Shown here: piece by piece, positions 18,054 to 25,563 of the stretch
Layout: the number at the start of each line of letters is the position of its first letter
How positions within the stretch are numbered: position 1 is the stretch's first letter
IMG/VR virus record: IMGVR_UViG_3300047449_000070
Location: 1-35,724 of that record
Origin: a virus
Lineage: Duplodnaviria; Caudoviricetes
Strand: one strand, 5' to 3'
DNA length: 35,724 bases
Program-made: the position numbers and the translations under genes
The notes under the pieces: generated by a model
Told to the model about the DNA's origin: nothing
What the model saw: the letters and a program-made list of their open reading frames with translations, nothing else
The model's database searches: none

Positions 18054-18750
18054 GAAGTTTATTTTGTATAAGGAGGACGGGGCGGTCATCGACCTTTTCG
18101 AAGAGGTTGAGTCCGCTACCATCCTAGACAACTCCGGTCAAAACATCGATGTAATATCAGGAGAAGGTACGGTCAGCCTTCGGGGGACTAAATCGAAGTA
18201 CATCCTTCTGCCGGAAGACATCGATGTGGACGATGTGATTACGGAGGACATCGCTTCATATGCGTTGGATATTCCGAAACAACGTACGCAAGAGGATGAA
18301 GTAAGGAGTATCAAACGACATTTCTACGATATGCATAGAGTGTTGAACGAAGTGTCTCGCCAATTCATTCGTTCAGAAAGCATGACAGAAACAGATCGGA
18401 AGGAATTGGTTGGACAATTTCGCAAAATTGAAGTCGGAAATGAGGTCGATCCGGGGGAGGTGGTAAACATCGGAGGGAAACTTTTCGAAATGATCCAAGG
18501 ATCTCCGGTGACGATAGTTGACGAATCTTGGATCGGAGACCCTAGTCTCTTTGCGGATTTCATTAATCCCACGACAAGGGAAGGGGAAAAGGTCGTGGAC
18601 GAATACCAACAGCCCGCAGGGGCGCACGACGCATACCAGACCGGTGATGCGGTGCTGTTCGACGGCGTGATGTATGAATCGCTTATGGATAACAATGTAT
18701 ATAGTCCAACAGATTATCCGCAGGGATGGGAACTAATGGAGCCTGAATAA
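18043..18750 (+). CDS. Tail-associated protein with C-terminal CBM5/12-like carbohydrate-binding module
   Basis: QPAGAHDAYQTGDAVLFDGVMYESLMDNNVYSP...GW motif; overlaps the Tal stop. Confidence 0.65.
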   Translation: MKTKKFILYKEDGAVIDLFEEVESATILDNSGQNIDVISGEGTVSLRGTKSKYILLPEDIDVDDVITEDIASYALDIPKQRTQEDEVRSIKRHFYDMHRVLNEVSRQFIRSESMTETDRKELVGQFRKIEVGNEVDPGEVVNIGGKLFEMIQGSPVTIVDESWIGDPSLFADFINPTTREGEKVVDEYQQPAGAHDAYQTGDAVLFDGVMYESLMDNNVYSPTDYPQGWELMEPE

Positions 18751-18785
18751 GGCTTCTTTTTTATATCTGAAAAGGGGTGACCCAC

Positions 18786-19079
18786 ATGTGCCCAAAAAGT
18801 ATAGACGAAAGGATGGGTTTGATGCCGACAGAAGACAAAGACATCGCCATAAAAATTTTCGATAGGCTCGGTCAGATCGACGGCAAGTTGAGTGGACTGG
18901 AACAGATCAGGCAGCGGGCCGATGATGCTTATGACGGGTCGAAAAAGGCAGTCAGAATGGCAGAGGATAATGATGAAGAATTGAAAGAATTGAAGACAAC
19001 ATTGAAGTGGGGGGTTGGGGTTGCAGCGACAGTCCTGATTCCCTTCATTCTGTTTGTTCTCAACTTTATATTCGTATGA
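18786..19079 (+). CDS. XhlA/holin-like small membrane protein (start uncertain)
   Basis: Coiled coil followed by one C-terminal TM (KWGVGVAATVLIPFILFVL); upstream of the holin. Confidence 0.65.
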   Translation: MCPKSIDERMGLMPTEDKDIAIKIFDRLGQIDGKLSGLEQIRQRADDAYDGSKKAVRMAEDNDEELKELKTTLKWGVGVAATVLIPFILFVLNFIFV

Positions 19080-19099
19080 CATTGAAGGGAGGTGAGACT

Positions 19100-19351
19100 T
19101 TGACACAAGACAAGATTAAACAGCTGGTAGCAATGATTGGGGGCTTTCTGGGTGCATTGTTCCTTGCTCTGCAGGGCGTAGGTATCCAGTTTACTTGGTT
19201 CAATCAAGAAGCGATCGACCTATGGATGCAAGTATTGATGACAGGTATTCCGCTGGCCTTTGCATTCTACGGTATCTGGAAGAATACATTCCTGGTGACT
19301 AAGAAAGCAAGAGTGCAGGAAGACGAATTGAAGAAGCAAGGTCTGAAGTAA
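19100..19351 (+). CDS. Holin (SPP1-like, 2 TM)
   Basis: TTG start after GGAGGTG; two hydrophobic segments; WKNTFLVTKKAR...LKKQGLK tail; upstream of the lysin. Confidence 0.8.
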   Translation: MTQDKIKQLVAMIGGFLGALFLALQGVGIQFTWFNQEAIDLWMQVLMTGIPLAFAFYGIWKNTFLVTKKARVQEDELKKQGLK

Positions 19352-19404
19352 GGCATCTCAAAAATTGGGGTGTCTTTTTAATTTGAAAAAGGAGAGGGTT
19401 TATA

Positions 19405-20286
19405 ATGACATTGAAAATTGGGGTTTCTAGAGGGCATGGCAAGTATACGGCAGGCAAGCGTTCACCAGCAGGAGAAAGAGAATGGTATTTCAATGATTCC
19501 GTTGCAGATGCATTCATCAATAACATGGCACACTATGAGGGTGTGAAGATCATCGAAGTATCTGACCCTTCAGGCGAAAGAGATACACCGCTCACTGAGA
19601 GGACGAACCTTGCCAACAAACACGGGGTTCATGTCTATATTGCATTCCACCACAATGCATACAAGGGCGTATGGTTCAACGGTGGCGGTTCCGAAGTGCA
19701 TGTGAGGCCATATGCACCGCAGTCCCATGAACTGGCTTCTATCGTTGCTCCACTGGTGGCTATGGCGATGGGGCTTGCAAATAGGGGAGTGAAAGTCACA
19801 AATCTTCATGAAACAAGGGAACCGCATCAGCTAGCAATTCTCGTTGAGGGTGGCTTCATGGATTCCAATCAGGATATTGTAGCAATGCGTGACAAAAGTA
19901 AGCTGAGGGCACAGGGAGAAGCTGTTGCTCAGGGCGTAGCTGAATACTTCGACCTCAAGAAAGTCGTGGCGCCTGCGCCTCAAGACACACCGTACACAAT
20001 CGGCGAATGGAAGACTAATCAATATGGTACACAATGGATTGAAGCGAGAGGAACTTTCACTGTTGGTGGCACACGGATCATGTCCCGTTTCGGCAGCCCA
20101 TTCCTATCAGCGCCTGAAGGCGGCTACGCCAATCCAGGATGGTCCACTGAGTATGTAGAGCTCATGCGACAGGATGGTCATATTTGGATTGGTTACTATG
20201 TGAATGGTAAATACAAGACACTTCCGGTTAAAACTTGGGACGAAAAGACGGGCAATGTCGGAGGAGATTGGGGTACGTTTAGCTAA
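19405..20286 (+). CDS. Endolysin: Amidase_3 plus SH3b (SH3_5) cell-wall-binding domain
   Basis: SRGHG, EREW, LTERTNLAN, AFHHNA and AILVEGGFM amidase motifs; WKTNQYGTQW...QDGHIWIGY...LPVKTW SH3b motifs. Confidence 0.93.
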   Translation: MTLKIGVSRGHGKYTAGKRSPAGEREWYFNDSVADAFINNMAHYEGVKIIEVSDPSGERDTPLTERTNLANKHGVHVYIAFHHNAYKGVWFNGGGSEVHVRPYAPQSHELASIVAPLVAMAMGLANRGVKVTNLHETREPHQLAILVEGGFMDSNQDIVAMRDKSKLRAQGEAVAQGVAEYFDLKKVVAPAPQDTPYTIGEWKTNQYGTQWIEARGTFTVGGTRIMSRFGSPFLSAPEGGYANPGWSTEYVELMRQDGHIWIGYYVNGKYKTLPVKTWDEKTGNVGGDWGTFS

Positions 20287-20296
20287 TAGCGTAGTT

Positions 20297-20325
20297 AATA
20301 AAACACCTCCCTCAATTGAGGGAGG
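20297..20325. terminator. Perfect 20-bp palindrome, probable terminator
   Basis: CCTCCCTCAATTGAGGGAGG (20306-20325); T-rich tail on the minus strand. Confidence 0.6.
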
Positions 20326-20329
20326 ATAC

Positions 20330-20420
20330 ATAAAGAAAGAGGCGAACAATAATTTGTTCGCCTCTTGAGAGAATTTAATCTCTTTGTATATTGGTTGGTG
20401 AGGGTAAAACCTCTTTGTAT
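20330..20420 (-). ncRNA. Candidate ~90-nt small RNA with two hairpin repeats and a terminator (putative antitoxin)
   Basis: Own promoter; ATACAAAGAG repeated 31 nt apart, each followed by a hairpin; 13-bp terminator stem 20337-20366 then TCTTT; no ATG-started ORF. Confidence 0.6.
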
Positions 20421-20424
20421 TCTC

Positions 20425-20453
20425 ATAGTACTTTAAGTATAAACATAAGTCAA
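20425..20453 (-). promoter_or_regulatory. SigA promoter for the candidate sRNA
   Basis: Minus strand TTGACT (20453-20448), 17 nt, TACTAT (20430-20425). Confidence 0.7.
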
Positions 20454-20456
20454 TAA

Positions 20457-21146
20457 TTATGATGTATAAATTTTTTTTACACTATCATCGATTGCATTTA
20501 AATTTTCATTTGAGACTTCCATTCTTCCAGATGGATCAAATCTATTAATAGTTTTGATCTTTAACTTGCTTATAGTTTGTATATTGCTAACGCAAGCATA
20601 TGTTTGTTTGTTATACCTAGAGTATATATTGACGACCTTCTCAATGGCTTGAACATCTCTTTGAGCTTCTCCTAATTCTTGAATAAGTACATCATTTGTA
20701 TCACTACTAACTTCATTTCCTGAAAAAGTACTTTCAATTTTTTCTTGCAAACTTTCCAAATTTCTATTAATAGTTTCTATATGCTGTTTAAGCAAACTTA
20801 TGGCGTTCTTGATTACAGTATTATCTAAATGTAAGTAAAACCTGCTTTCTTTTGAAGTCAAAGGTATAACTGTTGTCAGAGGATTCCTAGGATTATCAAA
20901 TATATTCACTACTACAGCAAAATGATGGCCAGAAATCTCGCTTCCAACATTAACACCGAAGTCTACGTAAACTATAGTTCCCCTTTTATATTTCTTATAG
21001 TGTGGTTTGATTTGCTTATGGTATTCTTTCTCAAGCCAATCTGACTTACTTCTGTGCCAATATGGTAGTTGTTTGAATTTATAATGTCCACTATCATATA
21101 ATTTTTTGTACTTTTGATTTGAGTCGTCTAATATTTTATGGCTCAT
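20457..21146 (-). CDS. PemK/MazF-family endoribonuclease with helical insertion
   Basis: KRGTIVYVDFGVNVGSEISGHHFAVVV...TVIPLTSK and YACVSNIQTISKLKI motifs; AAGGAGG RBS; AT-rich. Confidence 0.85.
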   Translation of the reverse strand: MSHKILDDSNQKYKKLYDSGHYKFKQLPYWHRSKSDWLEKEYHKQIKPHYKKYKRGTIVYVDFGVNVGSEISGHHFAVVVNIFDNPRNPLTTVIPLTSKESRFYLHLDNTVIKNAISLLKQHIETINRNLESLQEKIESTFSGNEVSSDTNDVLIQELGEAQRDVQAIEKVVNIYSRYNKQTYACVSNIQTISKLKIKTINRFDPSGRMEVSNENLNAIDDSVKKIYTS

Positions 21147-21170
21147 ATGTCTCCTCCTTAATTATTTCCC

Positions 21171-21198
21171 ATTATAAAGTAAATATGTCACTTTACAA
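21171..21198 (-). promoter_or_regulatory. Putative promoter of the pemK-like gene
   Basis: Minus strand TTGTAA, 16 nt, TATAAT. Confidence 0.5.
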
Positions 21199-21221
21199 TA
21201 CGAACGTACGTTCGATATAAT
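21192..21221 (+). promoter_or_regulatory. LexA-repressed promoter with SOS (Cheo) box
   Basis: TTTACA, 18 nt, TATAAT, with a perfect CGAAC-GTAC-GTTCG (21201-21214) in the spacer. Confidence 0.85.
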
Positions 21222-21241
21222 CACCCTAAGAGGTGATAGCC

Positions 21242-21616
21242 ATGAGACTAGACTATAGAGAAATGGACATATCAGAACTGGATTCGAACATCCCGCAAGG
21301 CAGGGGCATGATCAAATGGCAGCCGTTCGCCACGATGCCGGAACAGTATGAGCGTATTGCCCAAATGATTGACGACCAGGCAAAGTGTAACCCGCCATCC
21401 TTCGACAATACAACACTCGTCATACTCGAGGAGCGACTGCGCCGGTCAATAGGGGAAACGGTGATTCTGCGTTACTGGAACGATGGGTTTGAGGTACAAT
21501 TGGAGTGTCAGGTGGAGTACATAGATAACCGTACTCAGATGGTTATTGTGAGTAGAGGAGCCGAGGTGCTGAACATTGAGTTTAAAAACATTTATGAGGT
21601 GATGGGAGATGACTAG
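21242..21616 (+). CDS. YolD-like protein
   Basis: GRGMIKWQPFATMPEQY signature; ATG at 21242 after GAGGTG; SOS box upstream. Confidence 0.85.
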   Translation: MRLDYREMDISELDSNIPQGRGMIKWQPFATMPEQYERIAQMIDDQAKCNPPSFDNTTLVILEERLRRSIGETVILRYWNDGFEVQLECQVEYIDNRTQMVIVSRGAEVLNIEFKNIYEVMGDD

Positions 21617-21935
21617 AATCTTCAATTACAAACTTATTACAATTGAAATGGATGAAAACCTAAATGGCGATTTTGATAAAATTGAATTAGGGACCGATAA
21701 CAGTGTAGCCAATGGCATTGCCGCTCAGATAAAAATGAAGTTCTGGCCGGATGAAGTAGAGTCATTCAAAAATTCAGTAACAGTACTCATTCAACCAACC
21801 ACAATTCGCAATGGTCGAGAAAGCTCTGCTGCAACTATAAATGTCGGTAGTTATACACCCAAAAAGAAAGATGAAATCATTGAATTTGTAGAACAACTGT
21901 TAGAGGGAAAACATATGTCTAAATATATGAAGTGA
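21609..21935 (+). CDS. Hypothetical protein co-transcribed with the yolD-like gene
   Basis: 108-aa ORF overlapping the yolD stop; terminator downstream. Confidence 0.65.
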   Translation: MTRIFNYKLITIEMDENLNGDFDKIELGTDNSVANGIAAQIKMKFWPDEVESFKNSVTVLIQPTTIRNGRESSAATINVGSYTPKKKDEIIEFVEQLLEGKHMSKYMK

Positions 21936-21962
21936 CTGATATTCGAGCCTATTGTCATACTT

Positions 21963-22000
21963 AAAGCCACCTAGCCTTAAATGGGTAGGTGGCTTTTTTT
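21963..22000. terminator. Intrinsic terminator between convergent genes
   Basis: AAAGCCACCTA...TAGGTGGCTTT plus a T run. Confidence 0.8.
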
Positions 22001-22724
22001 ATTCCTGATTTAATTCAATTTGAGATCCATTCACGGTGAAGGCCGGAACAGTTTCTGAACCACCAATGACCGTTTCGTACTCTAATAACCCTTCATAATG
22101 GCCATAGAAAGTGATGTAATCATCATCTAAATATCTCTGGTCCAAAGTACTACTGAACATTTGAATGTATGCAACATGATCATAGTCATCGTTAATGGCT
22201 ACTCTATAGGCGGTATAAGGTTCATCTTCCATCACTTGGACTATTTTACCTTGATATACAAATCTTTCTCCTGAGTAGTCATCTGGATGACGTTCAAGTT
22301 CACTTATATCGATATCACCTTGAAAAGTGCTAGGATCGAATGATTCCTCAGTCGGCTTTTCAACTTCACCTTCGAGTTCATCCGCCTCATTTTCTTCGGC
22401 TGCTACCGTTTCAGTTTCTGGTTCTTCGGTAGTTTCTTCATTCAATTTAGCCTGTTCTTCGCTATACAGTTCTGTTGTTTGTGGTTCTTGATTACTTTCA
22501 AATTCTTGGTCATTTGAAGCTGTAGATTCTGTCTGGTTCACATCATACTGATTCGAGAATATAGTACCGAAAAATAATACTACAAATAAAATCGCGGAGA
22601 CTCCAGTACCAATCCACAAGTTCTTGGAATTCTTTTTGAAAAGAGCAAGTCCACTCGCTGTAATTAATAGTGCTGCAGTAGTTAGTCCAGAGAGAGCCCA
22701 TAAAATCATCAAAAGAACAGTCAT
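21999..22724 (-). CDS. Membrane-anchored protein: 2 TM, acidic linker, OB-fold-like C-terminal domain
   Basis: ATG at 22724 after an AGGGGG RBS; two hydrophobic helices; E/T-rich linker; LERHPDDYSGERFVYQGKIVQV...LDDDYITFYG motif. Confidence 0.75.
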   Translation of the reverse strand: MTVLLMILWALSGLTTAALLITASGLALFKKNSKNLWIGTGVSAILFVVLFFGTIFSNQYDVNQTESTASNDQEFESNQEPQTTELYSEEQAKLNEETTEEPETETVAAEENEADELEGEVEKPTEESFDPSTFQGDIDISELERHPDDYSGERFVYQGKIVQVMEDEPYTAYRVAINDDYDHVAYIQMFSSTLDQRYLDDDYITFYGHYEGLLEYETVIGGSETVPAFTVNGSQIELNQE

Positions 22725-22788
22725 TAAAATCCCCCTAATATATGTTAATTTAATTATATCATTTTCGAGATAAATCTTATATAATAAC

Positions 22789-22983
22789 TTTTGGTCACAC
22801 ACAGGTCACAAAAATGTGTTAAACTCTGGTGTATCAACTACTACAAACACCCTCCGGGGGTGTCATTAATACCGAATACGTTAAAACTAAAATGGATAAA
22901 CCTTATTAAATCAATGATTTGGTATAATCCAGTGGCAATACGTTAAACATTAATAAAATATTTTTGGTCACATCGTGGTCACA
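22789..22983. other. Putative attP with arm-type repeats
   Basis: Paired GGTCACA direct repeats at 22789-22810 and 22962-22983; AATACGTTAAA at 22875 and 22937; GC-rich candidate core CCCTCCGGGGGTGTCA (22850-22865); directly downstream of int. Confidence 0.75.
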
Positions 22984-24040
22984 GAGCCTCAAACACATCG
23001 ACGGTCTTCTCTTCCTCCATCTGTTGCTTCTCTGCGATCACATGTGCATAGACCCTCAGCGTCGTCTCGGGGGACGAGTGGCCCAAGCGCTTCGATATAT
23101 ACAATAATGAGATATCCTGATAGATAAGGATGCTCGCGTGTGTATGTCGTAAGGCGTGGAAGGTCACTCTTTTTATTTCCAGTTCACTGCAGAATTTCCG
23201 CATGGCCTTATTGACCGCATTGTTAGTAATCAGTCCAAAGTGCAGCTGAAAGACATAGCCATTGAGATTCCTCGGCCGGTCATCCAGACAACGGATGATA
23301 TGCTGCATGTCCTTCTCAGCGATTCTCACATGCCTTGGCGCCGTGTCATTCTTTGTCCCCGGCAGAAACAGTTCATTCTCATCTGCATTGATGTCCGTAT
23401 ATTTCATCTGCACCAGGTCGGAAAATCGTGCGCCAGTGACTAGACTGATGAAGATGGCAAGGGCCGTGATGCTCTTGTCCATCAATACACGGCTTCTGAG
23501 GGCTTTCGCTTCCTCCAGGGATAAATACTTCAAGTCCTTCGGTTTCGCGTCCACAGCATGAGTCGTCTGAGTCCTGTAGGTGAAATCCTTCGATATGATC
23601 CCCTCAAACAGTGCATCCTTCACACAGGACTTCACATGCCCATTGAGCTTCCTGCCGGCTTCTTTGCTGTGGCCAACAGTCCCCCAGCCATTCCTGCTTT
23701 CAGCTTCAGTGCCGTACCAATTTAAAAATGACTGGTAGTCTGCCCGGGTGATATTACGGATCTTCTTATCACGGAAATAGGCAGACAACCAGTCAGCGGT
23801 GTTCTGATAGTTCTTGAAGGTCCTCTCCGACACATGGCCTTTCGTCGTCTTCATCCAATATCTGAAATACTCGGTGAAAATGACTTCGTTCACCAGGTCA
23901 ACGCCACGGCCCAAGTTATTCAATCTTTCATTCTCAGCCTGGACCGCCTCACGCTTCGTTTTGTATCCACCCTGTCGATAGCGCTCTCCATCATGCCGGA
24001 AGTCATACTGCCATGATTTACCGCGTTTTCTTACTGTCAT
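22979..24040 (-). CDS. int: Tyrosine integrase
   Basis: TGARFSD (R), GTKN (K), FHALRHTH (HxxR), RLGH and VYAH (Y); N-terminal arm-binding region with GYKTKREA. Confidence 0.95.
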   Translation of the reverse strand: MTVRKRGKSWQYDFRHDGERYRQGGYKTKREAVQAENERLNNLGRGVDLVNEVIFTEYFRYWMKTTKGHVSERTFKNYQNTADWLSAYFRDKKIRNITRADYQSFLNWYGTEAESRNGWGTVGHSKEAGRKLNGHVKSCVKDALFEGIISKDFTYRTQTTHAVDAKPKDLKYLSLEEAKALRSRVLMDKSITALAIFISLVTGARFSDLVQMKYTDINADENELFLPGTKNDTAPRHVRIAEKDMQHIIRCLDDRPRNLNGYVFQLHFGLITNNAVNKAMRKFCSELEIKRVTFHALRHTHASILIYQDISLLYISKRLGHSSPETTLRVYAHVIAEKQQMEEEKTVDVFEAL

Positions 24041-24051
24041 TCTCCCACTCC

Positions 24052-24681
24052 TTAAAATACACGATAATTATAAATCACTCTTCCAACAACCTCTATGTCA
24101 TCCGAAAAATCAAGATCATAAGTATCCGTTTTAAATTCATCAATATAACTATCCGGTTCAAAGTGAACTTTAGTGTCTGTAAGACGCACTCTTTTGATGG
24201 TATGAGAGCTACCATTTCTAATCACCATAATATCAGAGGTTTTAATTTGTGGAGAGTGTGCAAAACGATAGTCATGGACTACTATGAATGAATCATTCGC
24301 TAAAACTTTGTTCATAGAATCTCCATTTACTTTTAATCCAAAGCACTCTTCAGGATTAATACCTTTGAATACTGAACGTGGAACCTTTAAGGTACCATCA
24401 TCAATTGATACATGTTCTAAGTTTCCAGCAGAAACCTTTCCATAATAGTTGATATCAACTTCATCATCAGTTACAGATACTTCTTCTCCGTAACCTATCA
24501 ACCAGTTTTTACTAACACCAAATATTTCCGATATTCTTTCGATCATTCCCATGCGCGGCTCATTAGTACCGTTTTCCCACATCCTAATAGTCCCTTCAGA
24601 TACTCCAATTTTCTTAGCCATTTCAACTTTATTTAACTTATTGCTCAATCTGAGTTCTTTCACTCTTTCATTGAAATTCAT
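24052..24681 (-). CDS. cI: CI-like repressor (XRE HTH plus S24 autoprotease)
   Basis: HTH (GVSEGTIRMWENG), VSAG cleavage site, GDSM and TIKR catalytic motifs; ATG at 24681 after AGGAGGTG. Confidence 0.92.
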   Translation of the reverse strand: MNFNERVKELRLSNKLNKVEMAKKIGVSEGTIRMWENGTNEPRMGMIERISEIFGVSKNWLIGYGEEVSVTDDEVDINYYGKVSAGNLEHVSIDDGTLKVPRSVFKGINPEECFGLKVNGDSMNKVLANDSFIVVHDYRFAHSPQIKTSDIMVIRNGSSHTIKRVRLTDTKVHFEPDSYIDEFKTDTYDLDFSDDIEVVGRVIYNYRVF

Positions 24682-24706
24682 AAAGAACACCTCCTGTTTA
24701 AAAATT

Positions 24707-24806
24707 AGTATACTACGAAAAATCGTAGTATACAACGTATTTAATACAAAAAATCGTATTTATATTACAGTTTTTAATTGACAACGTATTTAAAATACGA
24801 TAAAGT
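24707..24806. promoter_or_regulatory. Lysis-lysogeny switch: divergent promoters and operators
   Basis: Rightward TTGACA(24778)-17-TAAAGT; leftward TTGTAT-17-TATACT (24735-24707); palindromes GTATACTACGA-aaaa-TCGTAGTATAC (24708-24733) and CGTATTTAAAATACG (24785-24799). Confidence 0.8.
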
Positions 24807-24839
24807 GAAGATACAATTAAATAGAAAGGAGGAGCTGCA

Positions 24840-25070
24840 ATGGCTAGGACATTAAAAGAATGGCGTGTCCACAAAGGGCTAACTCAAGGACAGTTTGCTA
24901 AAGACCTTGGCATATCACCGAGTACCTATAATGCATGGGAGCAAAACCCTGACATTATCAAAATAAGAAACGTAGTGCTTCTTTCTAAAACACTAGGTGT
25001 CAGCCCTCAGGATATTATTTTTTTTGAAGATGATTCGTATTTAAAATTCGATAAGGAGGTTGTTCACTAA
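24840..25070 (+). CDS. cro: Cro-like XRE HTH regulator
   Basis: LKEWRVHKGLTQGQFAKDLGISPSTYNAWE; divergent from cI. Confidence 0.88.
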   Translation: MARTLKEWRVHKGLTQGQFAKDLGISPSTYNAWEQNPDIIKIRNVVLLSKTLGVSPQDIIFFEDDSYLKFDKEVVH

Positions 25071-25372
25071 TGCAGACACTGCAAACAACTATACCAATAC
25101 CTGAGCACCTGGTTGTAATAGACAAAGTAGAATACGAGGAACTGCAAGCGAATACACTACTCGGAAAGTACATCACACTTCAAGACCTTGTGGAACACAC
25201 TGGAAAGTCAAAACCATGGCTGGACGAACATATACTCAGCCACCCAAGAAGGATGAAAGAAATCGAATCCTTCACTCATTTTCCTCAGTCGAGGGGAGAT
25301 AAATGGGCCTTCAAAGCAAAAGAGATGTATCAGTATCTCGACAAAAACTTCCTCGACATATTGGGGAGGTGA
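25070..25372 (+). CDS. DUF771-like protein (possible excisionase)
   Basis: IPIPEHLVVIDKVEYEEL...GDKWAFKAKEM pattern. Confidence 0.65.
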   Translation: MQTLQTTIPIPEHLVVIDKVEYEELQANTLLGKYITLQDLVEHTGKSKPWLDEHILSHPRRMKEIESFTHFPQSRGDKWAFKAKEMYQYLDKNFLDILGR

Positions 25373-25377
25373 GGACA

Positions 25378-25563
25378 ATGATGCACTATCTACCATTCAT
25401 ATGGCTCGGCGCCATGTTCACTCTGATTGTTGCCGAAATGCTTCAACCACCTTTTGTAGTATTCGGTTCTGTAGTCGGCATCATCATAGCACTTATGATC
25501 TACTGCGATGACGGAGTGATATCAGGAAATCAAATCATATCGAAAATGAGAGGAGATAAATGA
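25378..25563 (+). CDS. Small membrane protein
   Basis: GAGGTGAGG RBS; two hydrophobic stretches. Confidence 0.55.
   Translation: MMHYLPFIWLGAMFTLIVAEMLQPPFVVFGSVVGIIIALMIYCDDGVISGNQIISKMRGDK

Noticed and set aside
19351-19380. Hairpin with T tail between holin and endolysin
   Set aside because: Three G-U pairs make it weak; at most an ordinary attenuator.
20367-20420. Two short repeats as a mini-CRISPR array
   Set aside because: Only 10 identical nt and a ~10-nt linker; no cas genes. Kept as an sRNA candidate instead.
22725-22802. Upstream start for the membrane protein in the ORF track
   Set aside because: Runs through promoter and att DNA; the RBS supports the ATG at 22724.
22850-22865. 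tRNA gene
   Set aside because: Only a possible 3' fragment; no cloverleaf upstream.
24682-24735. Upstream start for cI in the ORF track
   Set aside because: Overlaps operators; AGGAGGTG supports the ATG at 24681.
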